Source: Burkholderiales bacterium
Lineage (GTDB): Bacteria; Patescibacteriota; Minisyncoccia; Phycocordibacterales; UBA9973
Length of the DNA stretch: 64,000 nt
Reading direction: 5' to 3'
NCBI GenBank assembly: GCA_023701005.1
Contig: JAMPXW010000002.1
Span: 177,167-241,166, forward strand
The notes below the pieces were generated by a model that worked only from the letters and a program-made list of their open reading frames with translations, had not been told where the DNA came from and made no database searches. Position numbers and translations under genes: made by a program. Shown piece after piece: positions 9,577-19,283 of the stretch; the stretch's first letter is position 1, and every line of letters starts with the position of its first letter.

Positions 9577-9624
9577 ATCTAAATAGTATCATGTAAAAAA
9601 CAAATATCCTAGCTTGAAAAACCC

Positions 9625-10836
9625 CTATTGATATTGTATATAACTAGGCTTAGGATTTAACTTTAAAAGCTCCAGAGGAGACAACATAACACTACCCGGA
9701 GTAAATAAATCATTTTTATAAAATAATTTAAAACCAGTAAATTGTATTGGCTCTTTATAGATGAATTGCTTGTATGTGCCTATCTTTTTTGCTTTATCCC
9801 CCCAACCATCCATATGCATTACTATTTGGACATCAGCTGTTGGTTTTATTTCTTTATAATTTGTCACCATGCCTTGTGTGAATCTATGAACAACTAAAAC
9901 TTTTGGTGGTAAATTATTTGCTTTAACTATTTTAGACAAATATTGAACAGCGAAATTCACATCACTAGCATCAAAAGTACCGATGACCTTGCCTGGCTTC
10001 TTGCCTGTCTTCATAGAAAATTCTGGGTCTATACCAAGATGCACATTTGGCATTTTTAAATATTTTTCAAATGCTGGAATCTCCGCTTGTAAATTGCTCA
10101 AGGCGACTTGTATATCTAAAAACACAACTGCGTTCCCGCCTCCCGGACGGGCAGGTATCTTCTCTGCAATTTTCAAAACTTTATCTATTTCGCTAGAAGG
10201 CATACGGGCTCGATACTTTCCATCTTTGCCAGCGCTAGCTTGTGCAACTACAGCAATATAATGAAGAGCTGGGATTACAGGAGTCTTTGGGTCTGCTGCT
10301 TCCCATTTTTTTACTTCTACATCTAATCTTTTTAACATTTCACTTTCATCATATTCACCAAGTACACCCATTTTCCTTGAATACAAATTTCCATAATATG
10401 CGATGATTCTATTCATAGGTAAAAGAGCTCCATTGTTTGGGTATACAGCTTTTACTGGCCAAAGATGAGAGATTATAGGTTGTGGATCTAGAGGTACTTT
10501 TTCAGTCTTAATAATATCTTTTCCATTTTTATCTTTACCTATAACTGTTTTTACTGTTTTGTAAATAATCGGATCTGGAGGATTATTTGCTAATTCTTGC
10601 ATTTTTTTATCGTAAACTTCTTTATCAAAAGGCAAAATCTCTAAAATACTTTCTTTTTTTTCTGTAATATTTTTATCCTCTATCACATTTCCTCCATTCG
10701 AAATTTTACTACTTAAAAATTCTGGAACTAAAAAAAATAAAACTAAAATAATAACCACCAAAAACAAAAAAGGGTAGCAATTTTTGCTATCACATAAAAT
10801 AATATTTTTTATCTTTACCAAAATCTTTTTATTCAT
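9625..10836 (-). CDS. Conserved membrane-anchored hypothetical protein
   Basis: N-terminal TM; IAYYGN, HLGIDPEF and MDGWG motifs; carries an in-frame palindrome at 10135-10155. Confidence 0.75.
   Translation of the reverse strand: MNKKILVKIKNIILCDSKNCYPFLFLVVIILVLFFLVPEFLSSKISNGGNVIEDKNITEKKESILEILPFDKEVYDKKMQELANNPPDPIIYKTVKTVIGKDKNGKDIIKTEKVPLDPQPIISHLWPVKAVYPNNGALLPMNRIIAYYGNLYSRKMGVLGEYDESEMLKRLDVEVKKWEAADPKTPVIPALHYIAVVAQASAGKDGKYRARMPSSEIDKVLKIAEKIPARPGGGNAVVFLDIQVALSNLQAEIPAFEKYLKMPNVHLGIDPEFSMKTGKKPGKVIGTFDASDVNFAVQYLSKIVKANNLPPKVLVVHRFTQGMVTNYKEIKPTADVQIVMHMDGWGDKAKKIGTYKQFIYKEPIQFTGFKLFYKNDLFTPGSVMLSPLELLKLNPKPSYIQYQ
10135..10155 (-). repeat. CCTGCC...GGCRGG palindromic mini-element, in frame
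   Basis: CCTGCCCGTCCGGGAGGCGGG on the minus strand encodes PARPGGG. Confidence 0.7.
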
Positions 10837-10844
10837 TCAGAAAT

Positions 10845-11909
10845 TTATATTTTATTTATAACTTCTTCTATAGTACTACCTTTTTCATAAATTATTAAAT
10901 CATTGCCGTTTTCTTTCCAATATTGTTGTAAATTATCTAAAATACGCCATGTCTCAAGAATCTCACCGCTTGAAATAAATAAATCTTGCTTCCCTTCTAT
11001 TGTAGCTTTGATAACCCTTTCATAAGCATCAGCCTCATGCTCAATATTAAAAATCTTTTTATTGCCATCTTTATATTTAATTATTATTTGTGTCTCTTTT
11101 TTAGATAAAGCTTTACCTGTCGTCAAAGTTATAGGCACCCCATGCCAAACTTTATCATTTGAAATCATATTAATAGATACAAATGTCTCCGTCATACTTT
11201 TAGGATTATTTACTTCTTCTTTATATCCTTTGTATTGTCCTCTCTTTACACATTTATGTTCCTTTATATCACAAACTATTTGCAAATTCTTTAGTGCATT
11301 ATAACGATCTTCCATCTTAAAAGATCGAGACAATACTACCGCAGCCATTATAAGAAGATGACTCTGCACAAAATCTTTCAAAGCTCCTGTCTGTTCATAA
11401 AACAAAACTCTACCTTCTATGTCTATCTTTTCACTAGCGATAACTTCTATTTGAGAAACATTCTGTGTATCCCAATTTTCACTTACGATATTTTGCATTG
11501 ATTGCTTTGCTAAATAATGATCGATTCTATATATCTGATCTTCTTTAAAATATTGATCGATGTGCTCTATCAAACTTTGCGCAGATTGTAAATCTCTACC
11601 AAAAGGTTTCTCAAGCATTATCTTTACATCATCTCTACCAAAATTATCATAGATTAATTTAACAACATCAGACACAGCTTCTGGAGGAATAGCCAGATGA
11701 AAAATCTTTCCTGCCTTGCCGGCAGGCAGGCCTTCTTCATTTAGAATAAGATTTTTCAAATTATCATAATCTTTACGAGAAACAGGAATGACACTATTTA
11801 CATAATTTATATTCTGCATATTTGTAAGCGCAGGCAATAAATAACGCTTTGATAAATCGCCTGAAGCACCAAAAATTATGTAATTTGTTTTTTTATTTTT
11901 TGTCTGCAT
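10845..11909 (-). CDS. zwf: Glucose-6-phosphate 1-dehydrogenase, short form
   Basis: GASGDL, EKPFG, RIDHYLAK and QSHL motifs. Confidence 0.9.
   Translation of the reverse strand: MQTKNKKTNYIIFGASGDLSKRYLLPALTNMQNINYVNSVIPVSRKDYDNLKNLILNEEGLPAGKAGKIFHLAIPPEAVSDVVKLIYDNFGRDDVKIMLEKPFGRDLQSAQSLIEHIDQYFKEDQIYRIDHYLAKQSMQNIVSENWDTQNVSQIEVIASEKIDIEGRVLFYEQTGALKDFVQSHLLIMAAVVLSRSFKMEDRYNALKNLQIVCDIKEHKCVKRGQYKGYKEEVNNPKSMTETFVSINMISNDKVWHGVPITLTTGKALSKKETQIIIKYKDGNKKIFNIEHEADAYERVIKATIEGKQDLFISSGEILETWRILDNLQQYWKENGNDLIIYEKGSTIEEVINKI
11710..11730 (-). repeat. CCTGCC...GGCRGG palindromic mini-element, in frame
   Basis: CCTGCCTGCCGGCAAGGCAGG on the minus strand gives LPAGKAG. Confidence 0.72.
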
Positions 11910-12813
11910 TTATATTATGTCCTCCAAATTGATTACGCATTAAACACAACAATTTTGTAGCAAAATTCACGTTACCTTTTTGAGAAGCTAATCTTACATC
12001 AAAAGAAGCTTGGATGGAAGGTGTTTCTATATTAAATTCTTTTGCTGTTTCTAAAGCAAAACGTGTCTCTCCTGATTCTACGACTACGCCATCTACCCCT
12101 TCTGCATTTTTATTTTCTTTCAATGCATTTACTGTAAGTTCATTCAACCAAGAAGTGATGACACTTCTCTTTTGCCACACTTCACCTGCTTTTATTAAAT
12201 CAATATTTTTATATGGACCTTCTTTTAAAATTCTATAACCTTCAGCCAAGCTCTCCATCATGCCGTATTCTATGGCATTGTGTGTCATCTTTACATAATG
12301 TCCTGCGCCTGCGTCACCAAAATATTCATAAGCTCCATTTGGCTTTTGTAATATTTCTAAAATTGGTTTTATTATCTCAAAAGTTTTTTCATCTCCACCA
12401 ACCATCATAGAAAAACCATTTTCATAACCCCATACTCCTCCACTAGTGCCTACATCCATTAATACAGAGCCATTTTCTGAGACGAGCAAAGCTCTCTTTT
12501 TGGTAAGACGATAATCAGAATTTCCACCATCAATCAAAATACTATTTTTAGGTATTATTTTAAGCCATTCTTCTATCTCATTATCTACAACGTCATAAGG
12601 AACCATCATCCATATAACGACTTGCTCTTTGTTTTCTAAGTCAAAAGCTTCCACTGCTTCATTTTTTGTGTAGGCTCCTTTCATTCCAAGCTTCACCATC
12701 TCATCCACTTTTTCTTTACTTCTATTGTGAGCGACAACATCAAAACCACCTTCATGAAGTTTCTTTATTATCTGCGCACCCATTTTTCCTAAACCTGATA
12801 TTACTATTTTCAT
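11893..12813 (-). CDS. gnd: 6-phosphogluconate dehydrogenase (decarboxylating), short type
   Basis: GLGKMG, IDGGNS, GTSGG, KMTHNAIEYG and RNQFGGH motifs. Confidence 0.93.
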   Translation of the reverse strand: MKIVISGLGKMGAQIIKKLHEGGFDVVAHNRSKEKVDEMVKLGMKGAYTKNEAVEAFDLENKEQVVIWMMVPYDVVDNEIEEWLKIIPKNSILIDGGNSDYRLTKKRALLVSENGSVLMDVGTSGGVWGYENGFSMMVGGDEKTFEIIKPILEILQKPNGAYEYFGDAGAGHYVKMTHNAIEYGMMESLAEGYRILKEGPYKNIDLIKAGEVWQKRSVITSWLNELTVNALKENKNAEGVDGVVVESGETRFALETAKEFNIETPSIQASFDVRLASQKGNVNFATKLLCLMRNQFGGHNINADKK

Positions 12814-13469
12814 ATTAAATTAAATATTGTTAATAATGGAACTTTTTTCAAAATTTGTGCTGGTTCTATAATTTCATCTATATCTTTTTCTTGCAAATCT
12901 TTTATGACTGCATCTTTCTCTATTCCTTGTGTAAATACTATCACTTCATCCAATTTTTTTATAGCTTTGCCAGTCATCGTGATACGCCTAAAAGTCGGAG
13001 TGTCATAATGACAAGCCAATCTTTCTGAGGCCACACCTACACTACCTGGCAAGATACCAGCTGTATGCCCATCTGTACCTATGCCGAACAAACCAATCTT
13101 ATAGTCTGCTAATGCAAATTCTTCTGCTAAATTTTTATCAAATTTTTCTGTTGTATCTTCTATGCTCTCCCCTTTTAAAACAGAAATTATTTTAGCTTCT
13201 TTTAAAACAAAACCTTTTTCTGTAAGTTGCAAATAATTTGAATTAAAATGATCAAGATCTCCGTATCTTTCATCTGTAAGAGTGACGACAAGATTCTTCA
13301 AATCATTATCTTTTAAGATTTCTGAAATTTTTACAGCCACGAGAATAGCCGAACCCCCAGGAACAAAAAACAAAACTCTTTTACCTTCATTTAATTTGCT
13401 CAAAATAGAGCTAGCAATAAAATTTGCAACTTCTTCTATCTTTTCAACTTTTTTAATTTCGAAATTCAT
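12810..13469 (-). CDS. pgl: 6-phosphogluconolactonase
   Basis: GGS, DER and GIGTDGHTA motifs; in operon with gnd and zwf. Confidence 0.85.
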   Translation of the reverse strand: MNFEIKKVEKIEEVANFIASSILSKLNEGKRVLFFVPGGSAILVAVKISEILKDNDLKNLVVTLTDERYGDLDHFNSNYLQLTEKGFVLKEAKIISVLKGESIEDTTEKFDKNLAEEFALADYKIGLFGIGTDGHTAGILPGSVGVASERLACHYDTPTFRRITMTGKAIKKLDEVIVFTQGIEKDAVIKDLQEKDIDEIIEPAQILKKVPLLTIFNLI

Positions 13470-13473
13470 ATAA

Positions 13474-14397
13474 TTAATCTTCTATTCTCTTGCCCCATTG
13501 CCATCGAGGCTTTTCACCTTTTTTGTAACAAATATAAATCAAAACAATTACAGACAAAATTATTACAACAAAATTCTTCAACCACTCATGGTCGTTCATC
13601 GTCATCATGGAGAAAGAAAATAATAAAACCCACACAAGTGTCGTGAGCCACCCTTCCCAGGTGACAGGATACCAACCAAAACCATAAAGCTTCCTCTTAA
13701 ACCAAATCTTTTTGATGTCTTTATATAAAAAATTCTTTATTATTTTTAACAACAAAGCTCTCGCATCACCATTTAATTGATGATCTCCATCAATCGCAAT
13801 AACTTTTATGTTTTCATTCAGGTCATCAATACTAGCATTTCTTCCTAATACTTCATCCTGTTTAGCATTTATTATTATTAAATCTGTTTTTAAACTCAAT
13901 TTATTATATAAAGGCTTCGGATATATTTTTTTTCTTTCTACCCAAAACTCTGAAGGAACCATCGTCAAAGTTCCATCTCTCCTAACTAATTTCGATACAC
14001 CATCTAAATTTATTTCTGTGCCCAGACGATCTTTAAACATATTTATCGTATGTTCAATATCATTATCTAAAGATGGTGTTATGAAAATAATTTTGTTAAT
14101 TGATGGCAAAACAGCTAAAGCTACAACCAAACATCCTTGTGAATGAGCGATAATATTTATTACTCCAGATGGATTCTCCAATTTTGCTTTATTCACAACA
14201 TCTGCAAGCATTTTTGCTTGTTCAGATAAAGTGCGAACGGTGAGAATATTTTCTTTTTCATCTACTCCATTATAATCAAAAAGGATAGAATCAGTTTGTT
14301 TTAATTCTTCAGCAATATTGGAAAGAAGGCCTCGATCATCTTTTCGCGTTCCAAATCCATGAGAAAATATTACTATATTTTTATTCTTCTCTTTCAT
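13474..14397 (-). CDS. Alpha/beta hydrolase with C-terminal two-TM domain
   Basis: HGFG, AHSQG nucleophile elbow, D and H; C-terminal WFKRKLYGFGWYP TM domain. Confidence 0.78.
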   Translation of the reverse strand: MKEKNKNIVIFSHGFGTRKDDRGLLSNIAEELKQTDSILFDYNGVDEKENILTVRTLSEQAKMLADVVNKAKLENPSGVINIIAHSQGCLVVALAVLPSINKIIFITPSLDNDIEHTINMFKDRLGTEINLDGVSKLVRRDGTLTMVPSEFWVERKKIYPKPLYNKLSLKTDLIIINAKQDEVLGRNASIDDLNENIKVIAIDGDHQLNGDARALLLKIIKNFLYKDIKKIWFKRKLYGFGWYPVTWEGWLTTLVWVLLFSFSMMTMNDHEWLKNFVVIILSVIVLIYICYKKGEKPRWQWGKRIED

Positions 14398-14464
14398 CTA
14401 TTCATTATATCAAATAATTAAAATTCTTCTTGCTATCTTAAAATTAATTAGCTACCCTTATAGT

Positions 14465-15100
14465 ATGTACGAAGGCACTATTGGAACGATGATAATTGCA
14501 ATCAGTATTTTGGGATATATCAGCAATTGGATAAATTGGCGTTTTTTGAATTATAAAATAAATTATTTTCTTTTTTATTTCGGGGCATTTATACATGAGA
14601 CTTCACACGCTATATTTTGTATTTTGACAGGAGCAAAAATAAGTGAATATAAGGTTTTTGTTCGCCAGCCACGAGTCGTATATTCAAATCCCAAAATCCC
14701 AATCATCGGCAACCTTCTCATTTCTATCGCGCCGATGTTTGGAGGACTTTTATTTCTCTTTTTAGTAAATAAATATTTTTTAGCAAATCATTTTATAATG
14801 CCAGATTTTACTAACTGGCAATTATTCTTCGAAGATTTTATAAAATTAATAAAACAAATAGATGTCACCAAATGGCAACATCTTATTTTGATATTTTTAT
14901 TTTTAAATATAGGAGCGACGATCGGTTCTTCCCTACAAGATTTAAAAAATGTCTGGGTACTCATTTTAATCCTTTTATTTATCCCCTGGGCACTATTTAC
15001 CCATCTAGGACTTTTGGCCCTAGCTTTAATTTTAGTAAATATAATATTCCAGATTATATTAATAATTATAATCTCTATAGTAAAACTATTTTGGAAGTAA
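14465..15100 (+). CDS. M50-like membrane metalloprotease
   Basis: HETSH (HExxH), ISIAP and SxQD; multiple TM helices. Confidence 0.7.
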   Translation: MYEGTIGTMIIAISILGYISNWINWRFLNYKINYFLFYFGAFIHETSHAIFCILTGAKISEYKVFVRQPRVVYSNPKIPIIGNLLISIAPMFGGLLFLFLVNKYFLANHFIMPDFTNWQLFFEDFIKLIKQIDVTKWQHLILIFLFLNIGATIGSSLQDLKNVWVLILILLFIPWALFTHLGLLALALILVNIIFQIILIIIISIVKLFWK

Positions 15101-15109
15101 GATAAAAAG

Positions 15110-15289
15110 TTATTTAACCTCTTCTATTTTTGGTTCTTTGCTAAACTTTACTCCCAAGTAATAAGGCCAAATTATTAAGGAAAGAAGACCTTTCCAAAAT
15201 GTTAACTGAAGATATCCAATGGTAAATAACCATCCGATAGCCCAGATAGAGCCCAATATCTCTTGGTTGTTAATAATTACTTTTTCCAT
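15110..15289 (-). CDS. Small membrane protein (59 aa), paralogue of 19804..19965
   Basis: Not in the ORF track. MEKVIINNQEILGSIWAIGWLFTIGYLQLTFWKGLLSLIIWPYYLG...; TGTTATAAT-N6-ATG promoter. Confidence 0.8.
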   Translation of the reverse strand: MEKVIINNQEILGSIWAIGWLFTIGYLQLTFWKGLLSLIIWPYYLGVKFSKEPKIEEVK

Positions 15290-15304
15290 ATATTCATTAT
15301 AACA

Positions 15305-15721
15305 CTAATTTTTACCTTTCAAAATTCTATAAGCTATCATCGGTGAAATGACCAAAGATGCTAAAACAAATATCCAAGTTTCTCCATTCCAAAAATAATA
15401 AGTCTCTAAAATTTCTTTCACGCTTAGATTTTGTAAAAATAAATTCATCCAAGTTTCAAAAATTAAAGTCATACCAAACCAAAGAAAACCAATTTTTTTA
15501 GCATCTTTCTTTGAATATTCTTCTTTGATATTTAGAAAGAAAATATAAATTGCAGAAAAGAAAATGAGTATGCCTGTGATCGAGCTTATCTGATGAGCCC
15601 ATGTTCCTATGTAAGGCATCAAAATAGGTTTATAAATCATTTCCCTGATCCCTGCATTTACTAAAGCCAAAACAAGCAAAGCAAACCAAAACCCAATAGA
15701 TTTCAAGTATAATTTTTTCAT
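15305..15721 (-). CDS. Four-TM hypothetical membrane protein
   Basis: Hydrophobic ORF with NAGIRE motif; own leaderless promoter. Confidence 0.7.
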   Translation of the reverse strand: MKKLYLKSIGFWFALLVLALVNAGIREMIYKPILMPYIGTWAHQISSITGILIFFSAIYIFFLNIKEEYSKKDAKKIGFLWFGMTLIFETWMNLFLQNLSVKEILETYYFWNGETWIFVLASLVISPMIAYRILKGKN

Positions 15722-15753
15722 ATATAGATAATATCAAATTCTAAAAATAACAT

Positions 15754-16833
15754 CTAGATTTTGTTTCTGCTTTTCATTTGTTTTTTAGCTGATTTTACAA
15801 ATTTACCAAATTGACGATCTTTTTCTTTTTTTTCTAATTCAGTCATTTCATAAAATTCAGATTCTTTTTTTAAGGAAATATAATTATTATATTTTTCTTC
15901 ATCCAGCTCGCCTTTTTCCAACACAGACAATATTTTACAACCAGGCTCATGTGTATGTGTACAATCAACAAATTTGCATTCTTTAGACAAAATAGACATT
16001 TCATCAAACAAATTTTCTATACCCAAATCTGTATCTGTCATACCCACTTCTCTCATTCCAGGATTATCTATCAAGATACCACCATTTTCCATAAAATACA
16101 TTTCTCTATTTGTGGTTGTATGTTTACCTCTATTAGAACTGAATCCTATATCTTCTGTCTTTATGATATCTTTACCTAGTAATTTATTTATCAATGAAGA
16201 TTTGCCTACACCAGACGAACCAAGAAAACAATAAGTTTTATTCTTTTCTATATATTTTTTAAAGTCATCTAAGCCTTCATCATTTATAGTACTAGTCAAA
16301 ATTATATCGACATCTTTAAACCTATCTTTAATTTCAAGTAATTTTAATTCTAAATCATCTTTGGAAATTAAATCTATTTTATTTATTACGATAGTGGCCT
16401 TAATCCCTCCATCATAAGCTATCGCAATATATCTTTCTAAGCGATTTAAATTGTAATCTCTATCAATTGATTCTACGATAAAAGCTACATCTATATTTGT
16501 AGCAATAATTTGTATGCCATCTTTATTATTATATTTTCTTTTTATTAATGTTTTTCTCGGTAATATTTTATGGATTACTGCTTGTTCCTCATTTAATTCT
16601 GTTATAGCAACCCAATCTCCTACTGCCGGATAATCTTCTCTAGAAGAAGCATCAAACATTTGTTTGCCTGTTATCTTCGCCAGAAATTCACCTTTTTGAT
16701 TTTTTACTTTATAAGCACCTCTATATTCGATAACCACTCGAGCAATTGAAAATTCATCCAAATTTAATTTAGTTCGATTAGATTCAAAAAAACTATCATA
16801 TCCCAAATCTTCTATTTTTATTTCTTTCTGCAT
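15754..16833 (-). CDS. rsgA: Ribosome small subunit-dependent GTPase
   Basis: AVGDWV, NKID, GSSGVGKS, GKHTTT, DNPG and CKFxDCTHTHEPGC motifs. Confidence 0.95.
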   Translation of the reverse strand: MQKEIKIEDLGYDSFFESNRTKLNLDEFSIARVVIEYRGAYKVKNQKGEFLAKITGKQMFDASSREDYPAVGDWVAITELNEEQAVIHKILPRKTLIKRKYNNKDGIQIIATNIDVAFIVESIDRDYNLNRLERYIAIAYDGGIKATIVINKIDLISKDDLELKLLEIKDRFKDVDIILTSTINDEGLDDFKKYIEKNKTYCFLGSSGVGKSSLINKLLGKDIIKTEDIGFSSNRGKHTTTNREMYFMENGGILIDNPGMREVGMTDTDLGIENLFDEMSILSKECKFVDCTHTHEPGCKILSVLEKGELDEEKYNNYISLKKESEFYEMTELEKKEKDRQFGKFVKSAKKQMKSRNKI

Positions 16834-16871
16834 ACCTATAGTCTAGCAAAATTGTAATTTAAGAGATACTT

Positions 16872-17066
16872 TTATTCCAAAACAAAAACATCTTCTATAT
16901 TTTCTTGTTTTAATGCTTTTGTTATTTTAAAAGCCAAAAGTAAAGATGGATTGTATCTGTTTTGTTCTAAAGAGATTATCGTTTGCCTAGTCACCCCCAC
17001 AGCGTTTGCAAGCTCTTCTTGGGTCATTTCAATTTTATTTCGATAGTAATATATTTTTGTTTCCAT
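16872..17066 (-). CDS. XRE/HTH_3 transcriptional regulator
   Basis: [21 protein letters not shown]...YNPSL. Confidence 0.9.
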   Translation of the reverse strand: METKIYYYRNKIEMTQEELANAVGVTRQTIISLEQNRYNPSLLLAFKITKALKQENIEDVFVLE

Positions 17067-17068
17067 TT

Positions 17069-17497
17069 TTAATTCTTCTTATCAAGATAAATATTTGAAA
17101 TCATCTTAGTGAGGAGTCCTGCAAATATAGCCACCAAGATCACAGGATCAACTTTTGAGATTCCTTCTACCATCCCCTGTGCAGTCTGATAAGCTATCCC
17201 CATTCCAAGAATTATCACTATCACCCATAATGCATTTCTCTCTGCAATGGCTTCATGCATGCGGTCACGTTCATCTTTTGGTAAATGAATCATTATGTCT
17301 ATAAAATCAATTGCAAATATTATCGCCCAAACAACTAATAAAATAATTTTTGTCTGTGACATATTACCATCACCTGCTGTAAGCAAAGCAATAGGTAAAA
17401 CAAAAACGATTATATATACCCAACCTTGCCAAGTTGCGGGAGAAAAACCCCAACCTGTGTATTTTCTTCTTTTAAACCAATCATATTTTCCAATCAT
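17069..17497 (-). CDS. Membrane protein (DUF2178-like) co-transcribed with the XRE regulator
   Basis: Four TM helices, KDER motif; N-terminal [11 protein letters not shown]. Confidence 0.7.
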   Translation of the reverse strand: MIGKYDWFKRRKYTGWGFSPATWQGWVYIIVFVLPIALLTAGDGNMSQTKIILLVVWAIIFAIDFIDIMIHLPKDERDRMHEAIAERNALWVIVIILGMGIAYQTAQGMVEGISKVDPVILVAIFAGLLTKMISNIYLDKKN

Positions 17498-17525
17498 ATA
17501 TTTTTTATATTAATTAAATTTGTAA

Positions 17526-17559
17526 TGTAATATATTTTATACGTAAAAAATAGATTACA
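17526..17559. promoter_or_regulatory. Palindromic operator, probably for the XRE regulator
   Basis: TGTAATATATTTTATAC/GTAAAAAATAGATTACA, 15 of 17 positions paired, directly upstream of the operon. Confidence 0.5.
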
Positions 17560-17634
17560 CAAGCAACCCCTGTGGATAACTAAAAAGCCATTGATAAAAA
17601 GCCATTTTTGTATTATTGTAATAATGGTAACCAT

Positions 17635-17705
17635 TGGGAGATCGTCTAATGGTAGGACACTTCCCTCTGGAGGAAGTTATCTTGGTTCGAGTCCAAGTCT
17701 CCCAG
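17635..17705 (+). tRNA. tRNA-Gln(CTG), CCA not encoded
   Basis: TGGGAGA/TCTCCCA acceptor stem, CT-CTG-GA anticodon loop, GGTTCGAGTCC T arm. Confidence 0.95.
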
Positions 17706-17738
17706 CTCGTGATTTTAACCTTTATTTTGTATAATTAA
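17706..17738 (+). repeat. Junction repeat copy 1 (CTCG...TTTATTTTGTA)
   Basis: Starts at the base after the tRNA; recurs at 18485, 18893 and 19745. Confidence 0.6.
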
Positions 17739-17741
17739 TTG

Positions 17742-18461
17742 ATGGAATCAAATCCTCTAGAACAACAAAACCGGGAATCCCAAAAAAATTTAGAAGACCT
17801 AAAAAAAGAAATAGGTAAGGTTTTTGATGCTGGCAAGGAAGAAATAAAAATTAGAATAGATAAATTTATAAAAGGAATAGATGCTTATGAAAGAGCAGGA
17901 ATGATGATAAATAAAGAAGAATTTATTAATAATTTACATACAGCAGAAGACATTGAAGATAAGGAACTTTTTATAGAAAAGATGATAGAAGCAACAAAGC
18001 CACTATTGTCATTTAAAATAAATAACCCAAGAGCTTTTGAAGAAGCGCAAAGAAACTTAATTTTAAGTAAAGGAGAAAATATTAAACTAAGTAAATTATT
18101 ATACACAGATATGCGAGGACATGATAATGAAGTGTTTATACATCTGGCAGAAGCCTCAGAGCTAATAAAAAACGAAGGACTCTCAGTATTCAAAAAAGAA
18201 ATAATAGAGGGTTTAGAAGAATTGGCAAAAATAGTAAAAACAAATGAAAACATATTGCGAATAAGCGCAATTTCATGGATAGTAGCAAAAAATCCCATAC
18301 TTCTAGAAAAATTAGGATTTACAATAGATGGCGAAATTTCAAAAGAAGAAAAAGCAATGAACTTCGAAAACGAGGAAAGGCTGGTGGCTAGAGCTCATAT
18401 ATCTAGAGAAGATTTTTTAAAAAGATATAGTTCTCCTGAAACAAATTATCAACAATCGTAA
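17742..18461 (+). CDS. Hypothetical protein
   Basis: ATG 6 nt after TATAAT; SWIVAKNP...LGF motif. Confidence 0.7.
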   Translation: MESNPLEQQNRESQKNLEDLKKEIGKVFDAGKEEIKIRIDKFIKGIDAYERAGMMINKEEFINNLHTAEDIEDKELFIEKMIEATKPLLSFKINNPRAFEEAQRNLILSKGENIKLSKLLYTDMRGHDNEVFIHLAEASELIKNEGLSVFKKEIIEGLEELAKIVKTNENILRISAISWIVAKNPILLEKLGFTIDGEISKEEKAMNFENEERLVARAHISREDFLKRYSSPETNYQQS

Positions 18462-18484
18462 GTTTAAAAACACCATTACCCTTA

Positions 18485-18517
18485 CTCGCGATTTTTGGTT
18501 TTATTTTGTATAATTAA
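18485..18517 (+). repeat. Junction repeat copy 2
   Basis: CTCGCGATTTTTGGTTTTATTTTGTATAATTAA. Confidence 0.6.
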
Positions 18518-18520
18518 AAT

Positions 18521-18868
18521 ATGTTTTCAAAAAAGAATATACAAGAAATACCAATTGAAAAAACTCCACACAATTCTGGTGGTAGAAGAATATTAGCAAA
18601 AAAGGAAGAAATTAATTCTAATTATTTTGAGGCATTCACTTATGGATATTTAGCTCCAAAAGAAAAATACAGTATGCATAAACATGAAAATATTGTTGAA
18701 ATTTGTTTAATAATAAAAGGATCAGGAATCATAAAAAATGTTAAAGGAGAAATGGAAGAATTTAAACCAAATGATAGATTTATTTTTCCATCCAATACAG
18801 AACACGAAATAGAAAATACATCAGAAATTACAGCAGAATTTTATTTCTTTAGAATACAATATAAATAA
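18521..18868 (+). CDS. Cupin-domain protein
   Basis: HKHENIVE and FPSNTEHEIEN motifs. Confidence 0.88.
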   Translation: MFSKKNIQEIPIEKTPHNSGGRRILAKKEEINSNYFEAFTYGYLAPKEKYSMHKHENIVEICLIIKGSGIIKNVKGEMEEFKPNDRFIFPSNTEHEIENTSEITAEFYFFRIQYK

Positions 18869-18892
18869 TAAAACTAACTTTATATCCCCTCC

Positions 18893-18918
18893 CTCGAGTT
18901 TTTTAACTTTATTTTGTA
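18893..18918 (+). repeat. Junction repeat copy 3, no gene downstream
   Basis: CTCGAGTTTTTTAACTTTATTTTGTA followed by CAAAC and a terminator. Confidence 0.6.
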
Positions 18919-18922
18919 CAAA

Positions 18923-18956
18923 CAAAAAACCGCTCAAAATCCGTAGCGGTTTTTTG
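18923..18956. terminator. Bidirectional intrinsic terminator
   Basis: CAAAAAACCGCT/AGCGGTTTTTTG between convergent genes. Confidence 0.7.
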
Positions 18957-18964
18957 AAATAAGA

Positions 18965-19171
18965 TTAGTTTTTTGTAACCTTAGGAGACAATACTGCAAT
19001 ATATACTGCAGAAAGTCCTACTAATGTATATACTACACGAGAAATAACAGACATATCACCGAATATTGTAGATACAAGATCAAAATCCATAATACCTACT
19101 AACCCCCAATTTAAACCTCCAACTATTACCAAAACAAGGGCAACCCAGTCGAGAACATTTAATTTATTCAT
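18965..19171 (-). CDS. DUF378-family small membrane protein
   Basis: LVIVGGLNWGLVG...VYTLVGLS. Confidence 0.9.
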   Translation of the reverse strand: MNKLNVLDWVALVLVIVGGLNWGLVGIMDFDLVSTIFGDMSVISRVVYTLVGLSAVYIAVLSPKVTKN

Positions 19172-19283
19172 TTATTTTAAAATAATTTTTTTAAATTTTT
19201 TATGTGTTTCGACCTTAACACAACTTATACTTAAATAATAACATAAACTGATATTAAAATGTTATAATTATATCCACAAATAT

